Assembly: GCA_964608115.1 (NCBI GenBank)
Contig: CAZSOI010000040.1
Location: 3,818 to 67,817 of the forward strand
DNA: 64,000 bases
DNA from: an uncultured Burkholderiaceae bacterium
GTDB lineage: Bacteria; Pseudomonadota; Gammaproteobacteria; Burkholderiales; Burkholderiaceae_F
Direction: 5' to 3'
Below are positions 1 through 8,673 of this stretch, in pieces (within the stretch, counting starts at the first letter, position 1; every line of letters begins with the position of its first letter). Below the pieces are notes generated by a model. It had not been told where the DNA came from. It ran no database searches and saw only the letters and a program-made list of their open reading frames with translations. The position numbers and the translations under genes were made by a program.

Positions 1-46
1 CCTGAGGCTACAAAGTGGGCGCGGGGGCGGCCGCGCGCGTTAGCAC

Positions 47-262
47 TTACAGTTTGATGAGCTTTCCTTGGACGGCCAAAGCCACCGCCTGAATGCGGGT
101 GACCGCTCCTAGCTTGGCGCGGGCCTCGTCGAGGGAAAAATCAACAGTGCGCTTGGTCAAACCCATTGCCCGTGCGATCTCATCGGAGGTCATTCCCCGC
201 GCCGACCGGGTCAGCATCTCTGTCTGGCGAGGACTTAGCACTGGCTGACGTGCTTTTCTCAT
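47..262 (-). CDS. Stand-alone LuxR/NarL-type helix-turn-helix protein (71 aa, no receiver domain)
   Basis: LSPRQTEML..SARGMTSDEIARAMGLTKRTVDF..DEARAKLG is a LuxR C-terminal HTH. It lies 17 bp downstream of, and co-oriented with, a REC-LuxR gene. Confidence 0.8.
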   Translation of the reverse strand: MRKARQPVLSPRQTEMLTRSARGMTSDEIARAMGLTKRTVDFSLDEARAKLGAVTRIQAVALAVQGKLIKL

Positions 263-279
263 GGCGTGTCCACTGCCAA

Positions 280-885
280 CTATGGCTCAATGAGTCTTCG
301 CGCGGCTGCCTTGACCACTGCCTCCACGCGAGTGACGGCACCCAGTTTTCCGCGCGCCGAATCCAAGTGGGCGTCGACGGTCGCCTTGGTCAAGCCAATT
401 ATCTGTGCGATCTCCGACGAAGTCTTGCCGCGCGCCGACCAAGTAAGTGCCTCGATCTCACGGTCGGTAAGCTTGACCGGTGGTGGCGCTTCCCCCATGT
501 GCTCGACTCGCGCCAAGCGAGCGTTGATGATCTCAGCGAGCAATTCGAAGTCGATCGGTTTCGTCACATAGTCATCGGCGCCCAGCGTTCTGCCCTTGAG
601 TTCGTGTTCGCGATCCGTCAACGCGGTGAGAAAAATAAACGGCATGTTGGCAAAGCGCGGGGCAATGGCCGTCAACGCCTCGAGCACCTGAAAGCCCGAC
701 ATCGTCGGCAAGTTTATGTCGCACAAGACCAGATCCGGTGGTTCCTTGAGCAACGTCGCCATCGCCTCACGGCCATCGTAGGCAAGACGCACGGCAAAGC
801 CCCGCACAATCAGATCCTCGGCCACCAAGGCCGCGACCTCGCGATCGTCCTCGATGCATAAAATGGTCTTCTGAGGATTTGACAT
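280..885 (-). CDS. Two-component response regulator, REC + LuxR HTH
   Basis: ILCIEDD, DLVLCDINLP (phosphoacceptor Asp), GADDYVTKP, then a LuxR HTH. Start trimmed from the ORF call at 972 to the ATG at 885 (MSNPQKTILCIEDD), by comparison with the paralogue at 15305-15910. Confidence 0.9.
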   Translation of the reverse strand: MSNPQKTILCIEDDREVAALVAEDLIVRGFAVRLAYDGREAMATLLKEPPDLVLCDINLPTMSGFQVLEALTAIAPRFANMPFIFLTALTDREHELKGRTLGADDYVTKPIDFELLAEIINARLARVEHMGEAPPPVKLTDREIEALTWSARGKTSSEIAQIIGLTKATVDAHLDSARGKLGAVTRVEAVVKAAARRLIEP

Positions 886-1000
886 GTAGATGAACCGGGA
901 CGTGTCGCGCGGCTGACTGCCGCGGCCTTCTCGCAACGCATGAAGGGCCCATGCTCCTGCATGCTTGGGCAAATTATCAGCAACGTTGCAGCGTCACGCC

Positions 1001-1031
1001 ACTGTGATTAGACATAGGTATTTGTCACAGT
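1001..1031. promoter_or_regulatory. Inverted repeat ACTGTGA-N17-TCACAGT upstream of the response regulator
   Basis: Read directly: ACTGTGA at 1001-1007, TCACAGT at 1025-1031. Same heptamer as the palindrome at 10335-10374. Function is inferred. Confidence 0.4.
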
Positions 1032-1799
1032 AGCCTTGGCGTTTGCCCCGCCGGATCTGCGCGAACGCATCGGCCAGCGTCAAGGCTAAGGCACCTTTCG
1101 CAGTTTGCCTCGGCACTGCCATCTGTGTGCGCCGCATCACGCATGGCGTTTGACATACCCTTTGACGCACGGCCCACGCAACGTTCGCGATAACGTCAAC
1201 GGCCACCTTGGCGCGAGGCCGCGGACCGCTTAGCCGAGGCGATTTGATCGGAAGCTTGCGCTATAGGCATCGGGTCTGCATCCAACGCTGCGCCGAAAAC
1301 CTGGACATTGCAAAGCGTTCAGATCAATGGACTCGCCGCACGCAACAAAACCTTCCTCTGCCCATCCGGGCACATTGTGGCTATCGACGCCCCGCGCGCA
1401 GCGGTATCGATAAGCGATCCGTCGTGTTCGTTTCACCTGAACGGCGACAAGCGCACAGGCCTGCTTTGTTTGGAAACTTGGTCGCGCGCAAGCTCCTGAG
1501 ATTGCATGGGAATCGGAGATCACGGAAGGCGCGACGCGGTATTAGCGAATTTCGACACCCTCGCTACCCTTTTTTGCACAATCTTTAGACTGCCTCGCCT
1601 AACATGTGAAATGAGGGCGGGTGTTCGAGCGCTTGGCAAGGCGCCCGAGGGTGGCGCAGCGCTGCGATTTTTCTCTTTTGTGAGCCCATCTTGCGCTGAA
1701 ATCCGAGTTATGCGCGCGCCCGCTTGACTGCGGGCCCGGCAGCACGGTCTGCGAAAATGGGGATGTTGCGATTTGTTTGTGCCGTCCGCGGTGGCCACA

Positions 1800-1958
1800 A
1801 TGACGACTGTCCTGGTACTTTTGTTATTGATCGCTTCCTTTCTGCTCTTGGGCGGATTGGTTCGCTTTTCCGAAAACATCATCGAACCCGTCGCGCCCGT
1901 CGATAGGATTTACACGACGGTGGGGGCAAAAGGCTCAACAGGCCCGCGCGATTGCTAA
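1800..1958 (+). CDS. Small single-TM membrane protein preceding kdpF
   Basis: MTTVLVLLLLIASFLLLGGLVRFSENII: hydrophobic helix then a short polar tail, directly upstream of kdpF. Small membrane ORFs are often found at this position in kdp operons. Start at ATG 1800 preferred over TTG 1773. Confidence 0.55.
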   Translation: MTTVLVLLLLIASFLLLGGLVRFSENIIEPVAPVDRIYTTVGAKGSTGPRDC

Positions 1959-2014
1959 GGAGTCCCTGCCAAAACGTCCTTGGCGGTTGGTAATTTCACA
2001 ATGGCGGCAGCGTT

Positions 2015-2098
2015 ATGGCTTCCTATGTACTTTTCACGATTGTGGTTGGACTGGTCTTTTATCTGTTTTACGCCGTGATCCACCCCGACAAGTTCTAG
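2015..2098 (+). CDS. kdpF: K+-transporting ATPase subunit F (27 aa, absent from ORF track)
   Basis: Manual translation MASYVLFTIVVGLVFYLFYAVIHPDKF*: the C-terminal YLFYAVIHPDKF matches the KdpF pattern (YL.YAL..PE+F). It ends 9 bp before kdpA. Confidence 0.9.
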   Translation: MASYVLFTIVVGLVFYLFYAVIHPDKF

Positions 2099-2107
2099 TG
2101 CTTTTGC

Positions 2108-3841
2108 ATGTCGCCGCAGTCGTGGTTGCAAATTGCCTTAACGCTGCTCATTGCCCTTGTGATCAGCGTTCCGGTGGGCAGATACCTTTCCCAGGTCGTG
2201 ACGGAGCGCAGAGGCTTAGCCGACCGGCTGTTCGATCCCGTCGATAATCTCCTGTACCGTGTAATCGGGCAGCGGATCTGTCGCTCTCCGATGAATTGGA
2301 AGGCGTACACGGTCCACATGCTGATGACGAATCTGGTGATGGCGGTGCTCATCTACCTGATCCTCGTTTTCCAGCACCGTTTGCCGCTAAATCCGCTGCA
2401 CTTCGCCGGTGTCGATCCGCTTCTGGCGTTTAATACAGCGGTTAGTTTTATCACCAACACGGACTGGCAGGCCTATGGGGGCGAAGTCACACTCTCAAAC
2501 TTTAGCCAGATGGCGGCGATTACCTTTCCGATGTTCACTTCCGCCACCACCGGCTTCGTGGTCGCGATGGCCTTTATTCGCGCATTTACGGTCAAGAACA
2601 GTGGCACCGATATCGGCAATTTCTATCGGGACCTCATCCGCTTTACGACCCGCGTACTTGTGCCGGCGGCATTCGTGCTGGCCATCGTGCTGATCGAGCA
2701 GGGCGAGCCACAAACACTTGCCGCTCGAGTCAGTGCGCACACGATCGAGGGATCCGAACAGCTAATTGCGTTGGGGCCCGTTGCTTCGCTCGAAACGATT
2801 AAGCATCTGGGCACTAACGGCGGGGGTTTTTTCAACGCCAACGCCTCGCATCCCTTTGAAAACCCGACGCCGCTAACCAATCTGGTGCTCACGCTGCTGA
2901 TGATTGTTTTGCCCGCTTCGATCGTCGTTTGCTTCGGCCAGATGATCGGCAACCGCCGGCAGGGATGGGTGCTCTACGGGGTAATGGGCACCATGCTGCT
3001 GATGGTTGTGCCTGTTGCGATCACCTCCGAACAGACCGGTACACCGGCACTGCAGACGGCCGGTGTCCAGATGAAAGCATCGCAAACGCAGTCCGGCGGC
3101 AACATGGAAGGCAAGGAGGTGCGCTTTGGCATCGCCCAGAGCGCTTTGTTTGCAACGGTCACGACCTCCTTCACCACGGGGAGCGTGAACTCGATGCATG
3201 ACAGTTTCACGCCGCTTGGCTCGGTGCCCAGCTTTGTGGGCATGATGTTGCAATGTATTTACGGCGGCAAGGGCGTAGGCTTTCTCAACGCCCTTGTCTA
3301 CGGCATCATCGCTGTCTTCGTTGCCGGCTTGATGGTGGGGCGCACCCCCGAATTTCTTGGCAAGAAGATTGAAAAACCCGAGATCATCCTGGTCTCGCTG
3401 GCGCTGCTGATCCACCCGCTGGTGATCCTTGCGCCGACCGGCTGGTCCGTAATTGCACCGTACGGCTTGTCTTCGATGGCCAACGCTGGCGCCCATGGCT
3501 ACTCGGAAGTGCTGTACGCATTCTCTTCCTCGGCTGCAAACAATGGCTCGGCATTTGCGGGACTGAACGCGGACACTGCCTGGTACAACCTGATGACGGC
3601 GTTCGTCATTTTGATCGGCCGCTATCCGCCGATCATCTTCATGATGGCGGTGGCCGGCTCGGTGGCCGCCAAACCGACGCTAGCGCCTACGGCCGGTACC
3701 TTGCAAACCGATACGGGTTTGTTTGCCGCGTTTTGGTTGGGCGTGATCTTGGTCGTGGGAGCCTTGACGTTCTTGCCCGCGCTCGTCCTCGGCCCCCTGG
3801 CTGAGTACTTCGCCATGCAAGCACGCATGCTATTTGGATGA
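2108..3841 (+). CDS. kdpA: K+-transporting ATPase subunit A
   Basis: FITNTDWQAYGGE, GTNGGGFFNANASHPFENPT, GSVNSMHDS, SSAANNGSAFAG KdpA motifs; overlaps the kdpB start. Confidence 0.98.
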   Translation: MSPQSWLQIALTLLIALVISVPVGRYLSQVVTERRGLADRLFDPVDNLLYRVIGQRICRSPMNWKAYTVHMLMTNLVMAVLIYLILVFQHRLPLNPLHFAGVDPLLAFNTAVSFITNTDWQAYGGEVTLSNFSQMAAITFPMFTSATTGFVVAMAFIRAFTVKNSGTDIGNFYRDLIRFTTRVLVPAAFVLAIVLIEQGEPQTLAARVSAHTIEGSEQLIALGPVASLETIKHLGTNGGGFFNANASHPFENPTPLTNLVLTLLMIVLPASIVVCFGQMIGNRRQGWVLYGVMGTMLLMVVPVAITSEQTGTPALQTAGVQMKASQTQSGGNMEGKEVRFGIAQSALFATVTTSFTTGSVNSMHDSFTPLGSVPSFVGMMLQCIYGGKGVGFLNALVYGIIAVFVAGLMVGRTPEFLGKKIEKPEIILVSLALLIHPLVILAPTGWSVIAPYGLSSMANAGAHGYSEVLYAFSSSAANNGSAFAGLNADTAWYNLMTAFVILIGRYPPIIFMMAVAGSVAAKPTLAPTAGTLQTDTGLFAAFWLGVILVVGALTFLPALVLGPLAEYFAMQARMLFG

Positions 3842-5946
3842 AACCGCCCTCTGAGCCATCAACAAACGGCCAGACGTCACAGCGTAGAGGGGCCGAGCGG
3901 GGCTCGCGCAAACAGCGTCGGGCCGCCGCCTACGACAGCGCGTTGTTGCGCCAGGCCCTTTTTGATTCGCTCAAGAAGCTCGATCCCAGAACACAGATTC
4001 GCAACCCGGTCATGTTCGTCGTCTGGGTCGGCGCGATCGTCACCGCTTGTCTGACGATAAGTCCCGATCTTTTCGGTCCATCAAGCGCCACACGCACGTA
4101 CAACGGCACGGTGACATTCATCTTGCTGTTGACCGTCTGGTTTGCCAATTTTGCGGAATCCCTCGCCGAAGGTCGCGGTAGGGCGCAGGCGGCGTTTTTG
4201 CGGCGAACTAAGGTGGAACTTCGTGCAAAACGCGTGCGCGCAAACGGCAAGATCGAAGATGTGCCGGCCATAGCGCTACGAAAGGGAGACTTGGTCCGAG
4301 TGGAGAAGACCCAAATCATTCCCTGCGACGGCGAGGTTGTTGACGGTGCCGCGTTCGTCGACGAGTCGGCAATCACGGGTGAATCCGCCCCGGTACTGCG
4401 CGAGGCCGGCACGGACACATTCTCCTCGGTGACAACTGGCACGACGGTGATTTCCGACTGGCTGCTCGTTTGCGTAAGCGCCGATCCCGGCCAAAGCTTC
4501 TTGGATCGCATGATCCATCTCGTGGAGAGCGCGAAACGGCAAAAGACACCCAACGAGATTGCGCTCACGGTATTGCTATCCATCCTGACCTTGATCTTCG
4601 TGATTGTCGTGGCGGCGATGGCGCCCGTTGCGTCCTATCTGAACGCGCAGATCAACGTTGCCGATCTGATCGCTCTGGTCGTTGCCTTGATCCCAACAAC
4701 CATTGGCGCACTGCTTTCCGCAATTGGCATCGCTGGAATTGACCGCATGGTGCGCTTTAACGTGCTTGCTATGTCAGGCAAAGCCGTCGAGGCCGCGGGC
4801 GACGCACAACTGCTCATACTCGATAAGACCGGCACGATCACAATGGGGAACCGGCAGGCTAGCCAGTTCATCCCCATGCCCGGTTGTTCGCCGCAACAAC
4901 TGGCGCAGGCAGCGCTGCTCGCGTCTTATTTTGATACCACTCCCGAGGGGCGCTCCGTGGTCTCCTTTGCCAAACGACAAGGTGCGCCGTTGGATCCTTT
5001 GTTGGAGCGGGCGCGCGGCCTCGAATTCTCGGCCAAGTCCCGGATGAGCGGCGTAGACATGCCCGATGGCCGCGTGATTCGCAAGGGAGCCGCTGGTGCC
5101 ATCGTTGAACACACGCGCAACGCTTTCAGCGCCCAAGAACCCAGGGAGCTTGCCGCGGCAGTTGATATGGTGGCCAAAGAGGGAGCAACACCGCTTGCAG
5201 TTTGCGTCGATGGCGAAATACTGGGCGTTATCGCCCTGTCCGACGTCTTAAAGCCAGCGATCCGCGAACGCACCGCGCAGTTACGCACGATGGGTATTGG
5301 CACGGTCATGGTCACGGGCGATAACCCCGTTACGGCCGCAGCCATCGCCGCGCAGGCCGGAGTCGACCGCTTCATCGCGGAGGCCAGGCCCGAAGAAAAA
5401 CTCGATCTCATTCGTCGCGAACAGTCCCAAGGACGTCTTGTTGCGATGACCGGCGACGGAACCAACGATGCTCCTGAGCTCGCGCAGGCCGATGTCGGTC
5501 TGGCCATGCACTCGGGCACGGCGGCCGCCAAGGAAGCGGCCAATTTGATCGATCTGGACTCCGATCCCACAAAGCTGCTCGATGTCGTGAAAATCGGCAA
5601 ACAGATGCTGATCACACGTGGCGCGCTGACGACTTTTTCCATCGCCAATGACGTCGCGAAGTACTTCGCGATCCTCCCCGGAATGTTCATCGTGGCTCTG
5701 CCAGGTCTTGCCGCGCTAAACGTCATGAATCTGGCCACTCCTCAGAGTTCCATCTTGTCGGCGTTGATCTTCAATGCCCTCATCATTCCTGCACTAATCC
5801 CGCTGGCCCTGCGCGGGATCCGTTTCACACCAAAAACCGCCGAGGACATGTTTCGTCGCAATCTTCTGGTCTACGGCGTCGGCGGCCTGATCGCGCCTTT
5901 TATCGGCATCAAGCTCATCGACCTGGCCATTTCTCCATTGCTATGA
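3838..5946 (+). CDS. kdpB: K+-transporting P-type ATPase subunit B
   Basis: TGES, IPTTIG, DKTGT phosphorylation site, TGDN, GDGTND, ANDVAKYF. Confidence 0.98.
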   Translation: MKPPSEPSTNGQTSQRRGAERGSRKQRRAAAYDSALLRQALFDSLKKLDPRTQIRNPVMFVVWVGAIVTACLTISPDLFGPSSATRTYNGTVTFILLLTVWFANFAESLAEGRGRAQAAFLRRTKVELRAKRVRANGKIEDVPAIALRKGDLVRVEKTQIIPCDGEVVDGAAFVDESAITGESAPVLREAGTDTFSSVTTGTTVISDWLLVCVSADPGQSFLDRMIHLVESAKRQKTPNEIALTVLLSILTLIFVIVVAAMAPVASYLNAQINVADLIALVVALIPTTIGALLSAIGIAGIDRMVRFNVLAMSGKAVEAAGDAQLLILDKTGTITMGNRQASQFIPMPGCSPQQLAQAALLASYFDTTPEGRSVVSFAKRQGAPLDPLLERARGLEFSAKSRMSGVDMPDGRVIRKGAAGAIVEHTRNAFSAQEPRELAAAVDMVAKEGATPLAVCVDGEILGVIALSDVLKPAIRERTAQLRTMGIGTVMVTGDNPVTAAAIAAQAGVDRFIAEARPEEKLDLIRREQSQGRLVAMTGDGTNDAPELAQADVGLAMHSGTAAAKEAANLIDLDSDPTKLLDVVKIGKQMLITRGALTTFSIANDVAKYFAILPGMFIVALPGLAALNVMNLATPQSSILSALIFNALIIPALIPLALRGIRFTPKTAEDMFRRNLLVYGVGGLIAPFIGIKLIDLAISPLL

Positions 5947-6623
5947 GGCACCTTACTTCTGAGGCAATGATGAGCGCGGTGCGTGCGGCACTGGCGACCT
6001 TGATTCTTTGCGGAGTGCTCTACCCGCTGGCGTTGACTGCGATCGGTCAGTTGATTTTCCCGTTTGAGGCCAACGGCAGCTTGCTGCGCGCGCCCGAGGG
6101 CACCGTTTTGGGATCAAGACTCATCGGGCAGCAATGGGACGGACCGCAGTGGTTTCACGGCCGCCCATCGGCGACGATCACGACGGACCCCAGCGATCCA
6201 AGCAAAGCGGTGCCGGCGCCTTATAACGCGGCCAATTCCGGCGGCTCGAACCTAGGGCCGACCAATAAAAACCTGATGCAGCGTCTTTTAGCGGATCGAG
6301 CGTCGCTCGAATCGGCGCAGCCGGAGCTTTTGGGAAAAAATCTCCCCGCTGACATGTTGACCACCTCCGCTTCCGGATTGGATCCGGATATCAGTCCCGA
6401 AAACGCTTTGTTGCAGCTCGCTCGCGTGGCTCGTGCGCGCGATGCGGAACCTGCGCGCCTGCAGGCACTCGTGCAGCGGTACACGACCACACGCGTCTTT
6501 GGGGTTTTTGGCGAACCGCGCGTGAACGTTTTGGAATTAAACCTTGCCCTGCAGCGCGCGTGCCCATTAAACGAAACTCACCCGGAGAACCGAGAGTGCG
6601 GATTTCATAGAGCAAACAACTAG
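5943..6623 (+). CDS. kdpC: K+-transporting ATPase subunit C
   Basis: YPLALT..GQ..FPFEANGS, FHGRPSA, SGGSNLGP, TTSASGLDPDIS, GEPRVNVLELNLAL; ATGA overlap with kdpB. Confidence 0.97.
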   Translation: MRHLTSEAMMSAVRAALATLILCGVLYPLALTAIGQLIFPFEANGSLLRAPEGTVLGSRLIGQQWDGPQWFHGRPSATITTDPSDPSKAVPAPYNAANSGGSNLGPTNKNLMQRLLADRASLESAQPELLGKNLPADMLTTSASGLDPDISPENALLQLARVARARDAEPARLQALVQRYTTTRVFGVFGEPRVNVLELNLALQRACPLNETHPENRECGFHRANN

Positions 6624-7319
6624 TCTTTGCCGCAGCCTTATCTACATGCGGCATCCCGAAGATGCGGAGCGCATCAAGCCCTCTCATAGCGCGCGCTAGA
6701 TACTTCGAAGTGCCGTTCAACCCAACGCAAACGCATTGCGGGATCGCGACTGGCTCCAAAGTTCCGAACTGCTGCACGTCCTTTTTTTCGCGGGTCCATA
6801 AGACCATCAAGCTCTGGCGCCTACCGGTAGACCTCTGGCGTGACGACACCCGCCTCGAGGTATGCGCCAACTGCCTGCGGTGTGCGACGCGAGCTCGTCG
6901 TCGCAGGGAAAGAAAATGCTTTCGGGCCCGCAGTGGGCGAAGTTCGCACCATTGAAGTGCAATTGGGCACTCCCGCCGAACATAGGCACCGCAAAAACTT
7001 CCGCGCCTCGACAAACGAAGCGCAGTGCAAAGCGAACGCTTCTGTCGCTAAGGCGCGCTGACTTGTCCAGCGCGAACGATGCGCCTGCGGCATTGGGCAA
7101 GTCATCCGCTATGCCCGCTTGCTGTGCGAAACGCAATGCGTAACGCACCAAGGATGCGCATGGGGCGCGCAGATGCTCATGCGCCAAGGCCCTGCCTGCA
7201 TTTCAGCGAGCAAGCATGCACGCGCTTTAAGTTGCGGTGCACGAGTCTTGGGTGGAAAATACTGACGCTCTTTCAAGGTTTAAGAGGCGAGCTTTATCAA
7301 TACAGAAAAAGGTGGACTT

Positions 7320-7643
7320 ATGAATCGCAATTTGAAGTTGGCAGCGCTCACTGCGGCGCTTTTTTTGGGCGTCGCGGGAACAGGAGTTGCCTTCGGCGCG
7401 GACATGGACAAAGACAAAGAAGCGCAAAAGACGAAGAACGTGGAGGCGGGCTATTGGGAAACGAAGGATCTGCTGCGCCTGATGGATAAGGACAAAAACG
7501 GGAAGGTCTCCAAAAAGGAATTTATGGAGTACATGGAGGCCGAATTCGACCGGCTGGACACCGACCACAATGGCGAGCTGGACGTAAGCGAGTTGTCGCA
7601 AATGAGGGTTAGTAAGCACACGGGTGGTTCAGGCAGCCGGTAG
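7320..7643 (+). CDS. Secreted/periplasmic two-EF-hand calcium-binding protein
   Basis: Sec signal (MNRNLKLAALTAALFLGVAGTGVAFG-A), then two canonical 12-residue EF loops, DKDKNGKVSKKE and DTDHNGELDVSE. GGA RBS-like sequence upstream. Confidence 0.85.
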   Translation: MNRNLKLAALTAALFLGVAGTGVAFGADMDKDKEAQKTKNVEAGYWETKDLLRLMDKDKNGKVSKKEFMEYMEAEFDRLDTDHNGELDVSELSQMRVSKHTGGSGSR

Positions 7644-8028
7644 GCGGCGAAGAAAAGACAGCACAGCGGCAAGCGGAGATCGGCTGCTGGTCGATGGAGC
7701 CTACAGGGTGGGGCTTCCCTACAGGCCTTTTGCGCGGCCAGCAAGCGATGATTGTCGTGCTGCCGAGGAGGGCGGGGAAGCAAATTGACGCGCCAGCGTA
7801 AAGCCCTTGACCTACGGCTGGGCGCGAGGTCAATCATTCTGGCCAACGCGCAGATGTCCGAGGGGTGCTAGGCGCTATTGCGTGCGCTTACGCAGGCATC
7901 TGCCACTTGCTACAAAACGCCCACGAGACTTCCCCGAGATAAGCGCGAAGCGGGGGCCCACAAAATCGTGCCTCGCGCCTCGCAGCCCCCGTAGTGCCCG
8001 CGCAACAGCTGCGGAAAGAGGCAAAGCG

Positions 8029-8367
8029 CTATAGCGCTCCTTTGCCTGTCTCCCCAGTGCGAATTCGCACGACCTGTTCTAGGTCGTAGACGAAAATCTT
8101 GCCATCACCGACCTTCCCGGTAACTGCAGAGTGTTGGATGGCATCAATTGCGCGTGGGGCGAGCTCGGCATCGACCGCCACTTCGAGCATCAGCTTGGGC
8201 AGAAAGTTCACCTCGTACTCCCCGCCGCGGTACATGTGCGCGTGTCCTTTTTGCCGGCCAAAGCCCTTGGATTCCGTAATCGTGACGCCCTGCACGCCGA
8301 CTGCAGCCAGCGCCTCTCGGACCGCGTCCAGCTTAAACGGCTTGATAATGGCAACTATGTATTTCAT
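8029..8367 (-). CDS. glnK: P-II family nitrogen regulatory protein (GlnK/GlnB type, 112 aa)
   Basis: MKYIVAIIKPFKL, KGFGRQKG, Tyr51 in YRGGEY, GKVGDGKIF, RIRTGE. True start is the ATG at 8367; the ORF-track extension to 8547 looks spurious. The glnK versus glnB assignment is not certain. Confidence 0.93.
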   Translation of the reverse strand: MKYIVAIIKPFKLDAVREALAAVGVQGVTITESKGFGRQKGHAHMYRGGEYEVNFLPKLMLEVAVDAELAPRAIDAIQHSAVTGKVGDGKIFVYDLEQVVRIRTGETGKGAL

Positions 8368-8673
8368 GTCTTCGCACCACGAACGCCCGACGAGCCAGAG
8401 CGCAAGACGCCTCCCCCAGCAACAGGCAAATATGGTACTTGGAGCACGGGAGTCCGGAAAGATGGTCGATTTTGCATTGGTGTTCGTGCCAACGCAGGCT
8501 AAGAACCTGGCCGGAGGAGGCGGTGACCGCACCCCCGGTTGCGGCACGCCCTAGGCACTTTCGCCTCTAGGGCGTTTTTCCCGCAAGCTAGCTGCCGCAC
8601 CAGGCAGCGTACCTGCTCACGAGCTTCGATCGGTGAGCCACGATCGAACCCTGCGATGCCGCACTCGGGCCAG

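Noticed and set aside
1308-1499. 63-aa ORF MQSVQINGLAARNKTFLCPSGH
   Set aside because: TTG start, weak RBS, no recognisable motif; cannot be supported without a homology search.
1566-1582. T-tract CCCTTTTTTGCACAATC resembling the E. coli KdpE box
   Set aside because: Short, low-complexity match over 400 bp from kdpF, and no kdpE in the window.
6560-6623. Cys-containing C-terminal tail on KdpC
   Set aside because: About 20 extra residues; simple stop-codon drift explains it equally well.
7320-7643. Lanmodulin assignment for the EF-hand protein
   Set aside because: Only two EF loops, and no proline at loop position 2 as in lanmodulin; Ca-type consensus fits better. Lanthanide binding is not excluded.
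8470-8492. Possible sigma-54 promoter for the P-II gene (TGGCAC on the minus strand)
   Set aside because: The GC element is 3 bp out of the required -24/-12 spacing.
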